A DNA stretch of 64,000 nucleotides from Azolla caroliniana. Taxonomy: Eukaryota > Plantae > Polypodiophyta. Below are positions 22,536 to 35,205 of this stretch, piece by piece. The stretch's first letter is position 1. Every line of letters starts with the position of its first letter. Below the pieces are notes generated by a model. It was not told where the DNA came from. It searched no databases and saw only the letters and a program-made list of their open reading frames with translations. Where the stretch lies: contig JBHGNT010000014.1 in assembly GCA_043228905.1 (NCBI GenBank), positions 2,728,001 through 2,792,000 of the forward strand, read 5' to 3'. The position numbers and the translations under genes were made by a program.

Positions 22536-25500
22536 GGTGAAAACACACAATTATATTAATAAATGTGTGTAAAAAACACTACTTACAATGGGTGTGACAA
22601 TGGAGTATGGTCACCCACTAACTACACTACACTACATGGGTAGTGAAACATGTTCAATTGCCAATAGGCAAGACAAACACTCCACCGAGGAAAGAATTTC
22701 CACTTGCTCCAATAAAGAAAATTGTCACATTAGTACTCCCTTCAATTTTCGTAGATATGCTTTCACTCCATGTCTACCATCGAATACAAAAGCGTTGCGC
22801 ATAATCCAATTATGACGCAATCCCCAATATCTTAGAAATAGAAAAACGATCTTCATCTCTTTTTGGGTCAACCTGTGTAAATTGTGCAAACACCCATTGT
22901 CTAGGTGTCAAATAACACTGTGATAAGACTTGCCAAATTTGAGAAATGTAATTCCAAATTTGACAAACAATCGGACATTGTATAAATTGATGAGTACTAT
23001 TTTCCATTTGAACAATGCAAAAGAAGCAATTACTCGTTGCTAGTCCACAGCGCTTTAGAGCTAATCCCAAAGGAAATTCTCCAATCAAAACTCTCCAAAT
23101 GAAGACCTTTGCCACAAGTGGCAATTTCGAATGCCAACTACATTGTAAGATTTGCCACCACCCATGATTGGATTTGTGTATTCCCCATTCTTCTTCAGCC
23201 TTAGATGATAACCATCCAAGAGACTCGACAGAGCAATGATACAAAAGATTAGTAGTCACTTGTAACAACGACGTTTGTCCCTTTAAACACCAATCAATAT
23301 ACGGTTATTCTCTTGTTTGTAGAGGTAAGGGACCTTGCATCAATGGAATATTTTGTAATTGTTGCCAAATAAACCCATAATTAGGTGGAATGCATAATAA
23401 TTGTCGTGCTTCAACAAACTCCAAAATTCTTTGAGATGGAGCCTCAACTATATCTCCCAGCTCTTTGACCCCCAAACGAAACAAACAATTAAATTGAGAG
23501 CGCAATCTCTCCTTTCCTACCCAACATAATAATTGAGAAGACATAATCAACTCTTTTTGCAAAGAATTACAATTCTCTCTACTAGTTTATGGTTTCCAAA
23601 CACATAACAATAGTGCTTCTTGCCATGAGGTAACCAAGTGTTGAACACATATAGAACCCGGAATCCTAAGTGAAATACATCCATTCAGTAATTGCCACCA
23701 TAAAGCCTTAATCGTTGTCCTCCCATGTGTTAAACCCTTGTTCTCAATGAAATATTGAACAATAGATATCCATGGTTGTGAGTTTGAACACATGTCTTGT
23801 AATAATGAAAATGATCTACGAGCCATCATATGCTTAGATAAGTTCAATATTCCAGTTCCCCCCCACCCACCCCCTCCCCAAGCGCTTAGGGGTTGCTAGA
23901 TGATTCCATGCAACCCAAGTGATTCCCATCTTATCCCTCTTCTTCCACAACAAATATCGAAGAGGTTGCAAAATAGAATGCAAAGCCTTCTTTGTCCATG
24001 GCAACAATGGCAAGTAATATAGTATCATGGGTTCCATGATACATTGTACAACCTTCAAGTGTACATGAAATGGCCAAGATTGTGACTTCCAATACATGAA
24101 CTTATCCCTCAACTTACTAGACATCCATTCAATCAATTGACCATTTATAACATTGATTCCTAATGGATAGCCCAAGTGTCGAAAAATAGAGCGTTTCTTC
24201 ACCACAGATCCTTGCCATCCTAAACATTCCAAATCCCTTTCAGTACATGATATGAGACTAGACTTCTTCCAATTAATATGTAATCTGGAAGCCAATGCAA
24301 ATTGGTTCCATACAAGCATCCCCTTCTCAAGATTCTCTCGTGAGGCTTGTAAAAACATGAAAGAATCATCAACCAAAGCTTGTGCTACTAGTTGCCCTCC
24401 AGACGGAAGGTGTAGACCCACAATGTCACCATTTGTTGCAAGCCTTGATAACATCACTAACAAGGGATGAGTAACAATAGCAAACAACAATGGACTGAGA
24501 GGGCATCCTTGACAAATGGATCTTGTGAGGACAAAATATCTGATGTAACTCCCCCATTAAGCATTACTCGAGACACTGCATCCCTGCCTAATAAAAATAT
24601 GAGACGAGACATACGAGGTCCAAAGCCCATTGTATGCATTAACCCAGAAACAAAGGACCAATTAGCATGATCATAAGCTTTCTCCAAATCTAATTGCACC
24701 ATAATCAATTCTTGATGAGTGTTTCGGGCATAATCCATGGCCATTTGAACATTCAACACATTATGCAATATATTCCTACCTGCAATAAAACCATATTGGG
24801 CGGGATGTATCAACTTTGGCAAATACTTTTGTAATCTATTTGCCAATACCTTTAAATATCTTATACAAACCCCATTGATGAAATGACTCGGGAGATGCCA
24901 CCTTTGGAACTAATTTAATTAGACCAACCTTCCAAGCTTGAGGCGTGAGCAGAATCCCAAGAATGTTGAAACATCAAAGTTAAGGGCCCCTTTAAAATGT
25001 TCGAATATCGCTTAAAAACTTCATTTGTCAAGCCATCCCAACCAAGGCTCTTACCACTAGGAAGATGCCTTAAAACTATGTCCACCTCGTCCTCAGTGAA
25101 ATTCGCATCCAATTCATGACTAATGAGATCATGCACAATACATCCAACCACATCATAAAACTCATGATGTGCTCTACCCACCTCATTTGTCATTAACAAT
25201 TGTGGGCCAATCAACTCCTTAAAGTAATGAACACATATGCCAATTATTGTAGTAGGATCCATTATCCATTCATCCCCTTGTTTCACACGTTTGATCGAGC
25301 ATAAGTAGGATGTAATGCTTGGAAAAACAAATGAGATTGACATTGATTATCTATGAGTCCATCCCTCAGTTGTCGCATCTTCGCATAACGATAACTTTGG
25401 CATTGCAACTAAGAAATAATAACATGCAATTGACTTTGGATATCCAAAAGCTCCTCATCTAATGGTGCATGTATCAATAATGCATTACACTGGAGAGAAC

Positions 25501-28315
25501 TTGTGAGAATTGTCGAAGAAGACCTCTTCTTCGTTGAGCATTAGTTGCTCCATACATACAATGAATGATCTTAATGTTTCATAACGTGATATCCCATGCT
25601 TTGACTCCTTTAATATTCACTTCTTGTGAAAAATTTACCAAAATTTGCTCAATGAGAGAATCAAAGTGAGGTTGAAGCAAAAGAGAAGAGTTAAAGCATA
25701 ATGGAGGCTTTCCAAGTAAGGATTTATACATGTCAATGGCATGATTACAAACTTCTAAAGAAATAGGAAAGTGATCTGAAGTTCTTATATCTTGTAGAAC
25801 TTTCATACGAAGTGATGTCGGTAAAAAAGAATCATTGTGCATCACATACATTCTATCTAACCGACTCCATGTTTGTCTATGTTGAGTGGATTGGAAAGTA
25901 AAACCAGGATCATTCCCATGCAACCATGTCCAAACATCCAACTTCAGAATCTCCATAACCAATGCATCTCGATTCCCATGCAAGTTGCTTAGGATCATCC
26001 ATGATGGAATGTTCAGACGTAGATTGAGATGCACCAACACACATGTTAAAATAACCCATAAGTAATCCAGGACGACCCACAAATAGGGTTTGAAGGAGTG
26101 AGCCCCATAATGCAATATGTTGAGTGGCTTGGTTAGGGACATAAATCCCAACCACCCACACAACCTCGCCAAAAAAAGTGATTTCTAGAACTAAAAACCG
26201 ACCATAAGGATCATTATGCACCACTTGAGGATAATATTTATCCCGCATGATTAATACCACACCTAAATAATGATTATTACGATGTCCTGCATAGAATGAT
26301 GAATATCCACGTAAATGAACTATGGATCCTACTAACTCATGCCGCTTATGCCTCAACTGCACATAATACATCCCATTCTTTACTTAACAAAGTTTCCCAT
26401 AATATATACTTCTTATAAGGAGAACATGCCCCTCTCACATTCCATGTTACCACTTTCATTCAATCAACAATGTTATGGGTGCACTTGCTCCTTTAGAGCA
26501 ACTGATGTCATGAAACTAGTCAAAGCATGCTCCAATGCTGCATATGGATTTTCATGCACCACATCCTTAGGGTTATCTATCAAAATCTTTTGTTTAGGTT
26601 CTCCCGCTTGACAAAAACCTCGAGAATTCGATGAATTTACAACTCGTCCCAATGAATCAAATTGAAGGTGAAGGGGTAATCCCTTATCCCTAAATTGTCT
26701 TTGCCAAGAAACTTTTCAAGGACCCTCCCTAGTTCCTAAATTTCCTTTCCAAGCAGTCTCACGAGTAGTGGGCAAACTATTACTTTGCATATTCATTGAT
26801 TTCCCCTTTGACTTGCCCTTAACATGATGTCAATCCTTTTCAACAACAACATCACTAGTTTCAACAATCCTATCCAACCGTTTTTTCCCCTTATCTATAA
26901 CCACCAAACTTTGTTTTTCCATATCCATAGATTCAGTTCCCTTATTCATAGAGCCCAAACCTTGAAGTGAAACCTCTTTATAACCTGCTCTAGATGATGT
27001 TCCTTCATCCATAACAACCACAATATCTGACACACCAACATCTCTCCCAACTCCTTCCTTACCATTCCCTTCATTAGGAACCTGTATAGTTGAAGGACAA
27101 TGACGTTGGCATTCCGCCATAAAGTGACCCCATTCACCACATCCAAAACAATGACCTGCAAATGTCTCCCACTTCAATTTAAAACAAAGTATTTTCATAC
27201 CATGTGCGTTCATACGCACCCATCCTGGCCTCTTACGACTTGTATCCCATAACACACAAAATATGCACTTATTTGTAGCATTTGCATGTGGAGATACCAA
27301 CACTTTACCCATTTGACTCGTCAACTCTAGTAAAAGTGGCCATAAAAAAGCATGCTTACAATCCACTGTTACCCAAATAGGGCATTCTCGTTCTAACAAA
27401 GCATGATAGTCCACAACGGGGGACCATTGCATTACATGCACCAATCGTTTATCAAAAAACACAGGAACTTTAGCCAACAATGCACTTCAATGATCCGGTG
27501 AACGAAACACTACATCATAAAACCCTCGTGGTCCAACATATATATTTTCAACACAAATTGGTGATACGATTGTGTTCAACCATTGTTTAATCCAATTAAT
27601 GTATGGGAGTTTCCCAATAAAAAATAATATAACCGCACGATCATAGAATACATCAAAAGATTGCAACATTGCCTTAGCATCAACTTCCACATCATGCACA
27701 TCCTCATCAATGCATTCTTTCACTTCATTTTCATTTTCTTCCACAATATCAGACAACAAGGTATTGGCAATTCCCCATAAATTATCCCAATTACAATGAT
27801 CCTTGTCAACCTCATCTACTTGTATTACTTCGGCATATGTCAATTTTTTCTCATTAATTTTTTCAACACCCTTAAACCTATTAGAGCTTCCAATGTCTTC
27901 CCTTTCATGATTACATTCAACCATCACATTACTCTTTTTTAGATCAATTGTTTCCATATCGATGTCCCCCATAATTTGTGAGGATTTCATGTTTATATCC
28001 ATTATTCTTGAGGTGATATCGATCTGGGATAAAAACAATTTTCCATGAACAAGAGAGACAATCGGAATTCACCCGATTGAAGAGTTGCAATAGAAGAGCT
28101 GCAATGTGTGTTAAGTATGGGGATGCCGATAACACAAGATTCCTTATTTCTATTGCTACTTCTCGTACAAACCACCAAATTTAATGTACTATATCTTGTT
28201 ACGAAGCTCTAATTGAGGGCTTTCTAACGCTTGTCTTTGTGCCCAATTCCGTTACTGATAGAGAGTGCAATAACAAAAACGAATTCGCTTCTTCTTCTTC
28301 CCCTCTCCACTCTTG

Positions 28316-28317
<2 letters not shown>
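22536..28317 (-). mobile_element. Near full-length degenerate L1-clade LINE (ORF1 with CCHC knuckle; ORF2 endonuclease, RT, zf-RVT), flanked by microsatellite at both ends
   Basis: ORF1 CFGCGEWGHFMAEC; endonuclease VGIYVPN, SRLDRMYV, SDHFPI; RT GWDGLTNEVFK, QYGFIAGRNI, LDLEKAYD, ALVDDS, HLGYPLG; zf-RVT KVFIWR..CFFC..HQFIQC. (CT)n at 22512-22535 and 28319-28345. Confidence 0.94.
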
Positions 28318-28351
<34 letters not shown>

Positions 28352-29970
28352 TTACATTGTAGCATCAAATTCATAACATTCGGAAGAACCCAAGTTTGAT
28401 TTCACCATGGGCTAGGCCCCGCCCCATATATTGCTATCAATCTCTCGTTGACGTATCCCCATATATATTTGCCTTATGGGGTTGAAAAACACACTTTGCA
28501 TGGGTAGTGGGACATGTTGAATTGTTAATTAGGCCAAATGAACACTCCCTCAAGCAAAGAATTTAGAATTCCCCCAATAAACAAACTTGCCGCATCAATA
28601 TTCCCTTCAACTTTCATATATATGGTCTAACTCCATGCCTACAATAACAAAGGCATTTGCGCATATCCAAATTATGACACAACCCCCAAATATCTAAAAG
28701 TGGTGTGGTTTGAACGACAATGGAATCGTCCAAGACATCATATGGTTGAACCAATATTAGCCTAGGAGATTAAGCAATGCAATATCCTATAATATAGATA
28801 AAAACAGATTTTGAAAATAGTAGTTAATATTTGATTATATAAAGGATCACAATATATGAATAAATGTCAATGAAAAGATATTCCTAACAATAGTGATTAT
28901 TGGAATCTTTGTTTTGAAAGCAATGCAAGCACGTAGAAATCCATAGTGTTTTTAATCCAATTTTGGCATGATATAACATATGATTATTGATTCATTAGGT
29001 CATTGAATATAAATTTGTTGAGTAGTTTAATCTATGATAAGTTTCTAATATCAAGAAGTGAAACATTTGATGTTTACTAAAGGGTAAGTGGAATTTGAGA
29101 GCCCCTGCGATTTCAAGTTTGTAAATGTAATAGTTTGAAAAGAATTGACCATAGGAGGAGTGTTTGTTCTTTGTGTTCTCATCAATAAGAAATATAGTAA
29201 CTCCTTGTTCTCAAAAGCAAGCACCAACACATCAATGGGAAGTTATGAATTTATGTATGGAAGCAAGCTTATAAAATCCAATGGATGAACATAGAAAGAC
29301 AATGCTTGATTACGACACGACTCAATGGTGCTTGCAAACACAAATTGTAACGTGGTTCCATTGGGCCATCAACGTTATGTCAACATAGCACATGAGGAAA
29401 ACTATAAAAAAATGAGCAAGGTGAGGAAAAAGAAAGAGGTTGATGACATGCCAAATTAGAGAGGAGCTAAGGCATATTTGTGTAAAAATTAGCTATGAGT
29501 TGTAACACATCATTAAGGGTGTAACCCCATTGCAATGAGGATATAACCATTGTTCTTATATTGTGGATATATGGTTGGAGTTGTTTTATTTAATGGGTCA
29601 GTATCGAAAGTGTTGAGTGAGGGATGCAAGGTGGGAGGGATTTTAGGTAGATCAAGTTTATAATTGCCCTTGGAGATCAAATAATGTAAGATTTTTATGT
29701 AGTATGTGTGTAGTTAAGTAGTCATCCTCGGTGTTCAAGATTTGACTAAGTGAACATTTCACTTGATAGTGCATGTTGTGACTATGAGAGGAATATGTAT
29801 AGAAATTGGACTAGATTGACATATGTGGAAGGAAACTCAAATGTGGTTGAAGGTAGAGTGTTGTACCGAAGCTTAATACTTAAAGCCACAATTTATTTTA
29901 TACATAGCCAACTACTATCCTCCCAAAACCATGTACCTGAAAAGTGGGTGGGTAAAGGGATGGGCTCTAG

Positions 29971-30843
29971 TAGCAATCGGCCCATTTTAGTTTGGTTCAA
30001 TTTTGGTTTGGAGCTCCTAAAGCTGAATTGTTAATATCAAACATGAACCTAAACCGAATTTTCACGACATATCTAGAGCCAAACCGAACCATTATGTCAA
30101 ACCATTGAAACCGTGTTGTTGCATGAAAGACCCAATAAAGCGTCATCGAGTAAAACCCTATTAAATTGTTGTGTGATCAACCATCAAAGTGATCGAAAAC
30201 CTACATTATATCTTAGATAGTAGGTCAATTATATTTTGGCAAAGCACCATATACATTTGAAGAATATTGTGTCTTGAGGCTTGTTGAAGAATAACAGGTT
30301 TGGTCAAGCAAACGTTTGTTGTTATGTGGACAACGATTGCCCCACCTTTTTTTTTATCTAAGGTGTCATGCAACGATAACCAATATATATGAAAGCAAAT
30401 CGTAAATAGTGGAGTATCTACAAATACTTAGAGCGATTCACCTAATTAATGGGAAGTAGTTTTTTCTCGGAATTTTTTTGTGTGTTTCTTGCATCCTTCT
30501 TCTTATATCTTCCTTCTCCTCCTCGTCCTTCTCCTCCTTCCTCTATGGTGTATTGTGTGCTCTTTTCTCCATCTCTCTCACTCATCTCTATTTGCAAACG
30601 TTGTTTAAGGTAAAAAAAATTAACCTAAAAGACAAATAAGCATTCACATTTTTTATTTTTAATATTAAATTTAAGAATGCACCATAAAATTCTTTGAAAC
30701 TACGTAAACCAAAACAACATTGGACCAACCGAACAATCTAAATAACTAGGAGCTTGAACTAAACTGAAACTCCCATGGCAACGCCATGAAAGCCCTCAAA
30801 CCATAGTTCGGTTCGGCTCAAACAAAACCAAGGCCAATTCCTA
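29971..30843. mobile_element. Non-autonomous hAT-type DNA transposon (MITE)
   Basis: 8-bp TSD GGCTCTAG (29963-29970 and 30844-30851). TIRs TAGCAATCGGCC / GGCCAATTCCTA (10 of 12 match). Subterminal AACCG/CGGTT motifs. Confidence 0.85.
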
Positions 30844-33089
30844 GGCTCTAGCATACATTAATGAGTGTTGTTTCCTTGTTAAGAGAAGAAACCAATTTTA
30901 TTGTAATGTAAGATTCCAATCCCTTCTAATCAAACGTGCTACCCTACCTTGTCCTCTTCTTGTCTTTGAATTTGTGGTCCAATGGATGTGCATTACATTT
31001 AGCCATACATTATTCCCTTGAGCATCATGCTCCCAATTTTCAAGAAAAGGTATATAATATTCTATTGATTGGTTAACTCATCTTTGCCAAATGGCTACAT
31101 TCCATGGATATCCATCGCATTTCCAAAAACATAATCATAGGTCACATTTCCCTACATGTTGAAGGACCTTGCTTCCTCCTCATGCACCGCCTTCTAGGAA
31201 ATCCTTAAAATTTTTATTTTCTTCTTCTATCACTTGAGATGAGCATTTGCCATGTAAGCGTATGAAAAACGTAGTGTATAGTTTGATGGGGATCTTATTA
31301 TTGTCCACAATAAACACCATTCGTTTTGTTTCATTGGCCGTATTGCATATAATAGGTCTCTTTGCCTAGTGAGGACCACCTTTTGCCAACTTTGTATGCA
31401 TCATAAGCATTGATTTTGGATATTGTCAAAGTACGAGACTATTCAATAACAATTCCAAGGAATGTAGGCGTTTCTAACTTCTGCGTAACCCCATAGATAA
31501 CAATGTTCACGAATCATTGTACTTGTTTCCTTCGATTCTTGTGCATTTACATTCTCCACATTCTTTGGTAGGCATGAAGTTAAGTGATAGAGGATAGACA
31601 AATCACACATACATCAACCCATGACCTTATCATACATGCATGGTTTATCTCACTTACATCATGACTCACTCTATACATTTCCTTTTTTTTGTTTTGATGC
31701 ATATAGGCAATAGAAATCTGCCCATTCATCTTCAAATGCAAGTACCTTGGTTGTCTTCACATTGTGTTAACCATGTTGTTCACACTGTGATTACTATTTT
31801 GAGGCATTCGTTATCCGTTGAACTTTTAATATGCCATTTTCCATCGCGAGCCTACAATGCTCCATGTTACTTGTTGATGGTCGAGGATGCGAGCATTGTT
31901 GTTTATCGATGGTCTGGGAAGTTGTCACATTGAGATTGAAAACTTATGGCCCCCCTTGCAAGTGTTAGCAATTAGAAAGCTCCTTATGAGTTCTCACTAA
32001 AATTGAATCTATATCTAGTGGAGTTTTTGAAATCAATATAGATTCTCTTGTTCATAGATGTTCTCTTCCTAAACAATTTTTTTTTTTTCCAATTTGAGTG
32101 AGGGAGGGAAAGAGTTCATGGATGTGCTAATTGTGTGGAAGAGACCATAGCATAAAGTCATTAGTTTGTTACATCAATATGGCATATGTAGTGGCAAGTG
32201 AAGTGGTGCATGTCATGATGAATAGGCATACAATTAAGAGGATTTGAATGCCCGACCTTTGGCCTATAACATAATACCTTACCTTAGATGAGCTCTCAAG
32301 TTACAATGGGCAAGCAATGTATGTTGTAGCAAACATGTGCGAATTTACAAACATAACATGATGCACTAAGGAGGAGTGCAATTATTAAGAGTTGGTAGCC
32401 AAGTAGCTTACCTAAGGACTCATCAGGCATAAATAACAAAAATGAAGGAAAGGTTGCCATAGGGTGTTCACCGCAATTTAAAACTTGACGGTCTTTCCGA
32501 ATGTTGTCAAGAAACACACATGGGATTTGGAATAATAACATGTCAGAAAGAGTTTGAGCAAAAAGTCGTATTTAAACTTTGAAGGATATATCATGATTCA
32601 TATATATAATATATATACATAATACATACATATATGTAGGTATGTATCTTTTGACTATGCATTGGTATAACAAGAAACTTACATATGGAGGGAGGAAAAA
32701 AGTAAGCACTTACTTTTTTGTTTGTTGTCACAAAATTGCTTGTGTGTGTGTGTGTGTAAATATATAAATATATAAATATACATACATACTTCAGTAGGTT
32801 ATCATTTATAACAAGAGGACACTTTAAGAAAGAAATCGGAAATGGAATGGGGCAAAAGGAGAATCAAACAACGGAGGAATGGAAGAAAATCGAAGCTAAG
32901 AGGGGGAAAAACCAAACACATAAGAGTTCCTTTTAAACTTTGATGCTCGATACGTTTATATATATATATATATATGTATATACAAGTGCGATGTTTTTTT
33001 TTGTCCGTAGATGAATGAGAAATGGTAAAGGCAACAATGTTCTTTCATTTTCTCGTATTTCTTCTTCTTCTTCTTCTTTTCCAGTGATT

Positions 33090-33770
33090 GGGGGTCATGC
33101 CACGTGCTTGTGTGCAGCCCAGGGCCCCTCCCCTAGGAGCCTCGGATTTACTACCGTAAAAGCTATGGGAGTCGGATCGGACAGCCAGATGGGATTAGGA
33201 TATTTTCCGGACGGATCCCTTGATCCGATCCTGGCACACACACACACACTCTCTCTCTCTATTTCTTCTGGCGGTTCGAGCTTCGGACTGGACGGACTGA
33301 AGATGAGATGATTTTGCGGAGGTGACCCCCCCAGGTGCTTGGACGGGGCGCTTGGCATTGTTGCATGATATGTCCGGACATTATCTCGTGATGATGTCCG
33401 GGCAGCCGGCCGGAGATGATCACGAGATAATGTCCGGGCGGGCGGGCGGTCGGCCATCTCTCGTATGTTGGCTTCTATTAGCAGGAGATGAGGGTCAAGA
33501 GAAGGAAGGAAGGGGGGGGGGGTGACGTGGAAAGTGCTGGGAGGGGCTGCCAGCGTGGACGGGGCCCAGCCGACGTGGCAGGGATCTTGGCCAATGAGGA
33601 GCGGCGGGGGAGACGTCCGACGTGGACACACGGTGACGTGGCCGAGAGCAAAGGGGGGGGGGCAAGGAGAGGGTAGAGGCGAGAGAACGGACGGTGGAGA
33701 TGTGGCGTCGGGGGGCAGGGCGGAAGATCTGGGCCGTCCACGCCTCAGGATATCTCCGACATCCGCCTCC
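33090..33770 (+). promoter_or_regulatory. GC/CpG-rich putative promoter of the TIC-like gene with clustered G-box/ABRE-like ACGTGG elements
   Basis: CACGTG near 33101; GACGTGG near 33524, 33572, 33619 and 33635; CCAAT near 33591; long G-tracts. Followed by a CT-rich 5'UTR-like region. Confidence 0.55.
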
Positions 33771-34500
33771 ATCAAGCTTTAGGTTCTTCTTCCTTTCTTT
33801 CTCTTTCTCTCTTTCTCTTCTTCTTCTTCTTCTTCTTCTTCTTCTGTCTTCTGTCTTCTTCTTCTTCTGTCTCTGTTTCTCTGATCCCCCGCCATAGCCA
33901 GAAAGCTTCATTTATCTTCCTTAAATCCTCTCCTACACCCCCCCCCCCCCACCTCTTCCTCTGTGAGTAGGCAGCTTCACAAATCTGCCATAGCCACAAC
34001 AACAGAGAAAAAGAAAAAAAGCTTTCTCAAAAGCTCTCCCTCCCCTTCCACTTCTTTGCTTGAATCCATATCCCCCCCTCCCTCCCACCTCTTCTCTTCT
34101 TCCTTCTCTTTTTCTTAGTTCCTTCATAGCCACAGAGCTTCAATCATGCCTTAAAATCCAACACCCCCCCCCTCCTTCCTCCCTCCTTCTTCTCTGCTCA
34201 TAGCAGAAACCCGCCATAGCCAGGGAGCTTCACAAAGATTCAATCGTGCTTCAACTCCACAACCCCCCCCCCCCCCCCCCCCCGCCTCTCCTCTTATCTC
34301 CACTTCCACTTCACACTTCCCTCCTTTCCCCTCCATCTCTCCCTCTCCCTCTCGCATCTTTGGCTCCGTTTCTCTGCCATGGTCTTCTCAATCTCCTGTC
34401 TCCGCCATAGCCCGGTTTCCCTCACCGCAGGTTAATTGACAGGCCGTTTCTGCTTCCAGTTTCTTTCTCTCTTCCTTCTTTTTTTTGTGTTTCTCCATAG

Positions 34501-35169
34501 ATGGAGCGGAACAGGGAAAGCCGGAGGATGACATCGTCATCGTCATCATCTGTAGCAGGGGTCGGGATGATGATGATCTCTTCTCCTTCTTCTTCATCTC
34601 GCAGGCAGAGGAACAACAACAGTAATAATAAGGACGCATCGGGTAGAATTTCTCTCTTCTTTCACAAGATCTGTGGAAATTCTGCGTCCAAGAATCTCTT
34701 CTTTCTTCTTCTGGTCCATTTGTGGATATGTCTTCCTCCTCCTCCTCCTCCTCCTCCTCCTCCTCACCTATCTCTATCTCTCTCTCTCTCTCTTACTACT
34801 TCTTTAGCATGTAGATCAGAAGGCTATGGAGTTCCAAGGTGAAGATGGTAATATGGATTCTATGGTGTCTGTTTCTGTGTCTTCATCTTATTTCAATGCA
34901 GAGTTGGGTTTGGTTAGCAGAACTTCACTTCTTTCCATGTGTGCATTTCGCCGAAGGTTGCTTCATCCTTCAAATGGCTTCTTGCTCTCTTTCTTGTCTC
35001 TCTGATAGAACCATTTTTACAATGGTGATAGTTTTGGTGATGGTGAAGGAGATGGATTCCTTCTCAAAATGTCGTCCTCTCTCTCTTTCGCTCTTCAAGA
35101 GCTGTTATTTCTATAACTAGTTCAATTCCTCCTCCTCTTGTGTCTTTCACTTTAGGCAAAGCCTCTCTC

Positions 35170-35205
<36 letters not shown>

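Noticed and set aside
33095-33775. 226-aa Pro-rich minus-strand ORF as a divergent gene
   Set aside because: Explained by GC-rich, stop-poor promoter sequence, with no recognisable domain. Not fully excluded without expression data.
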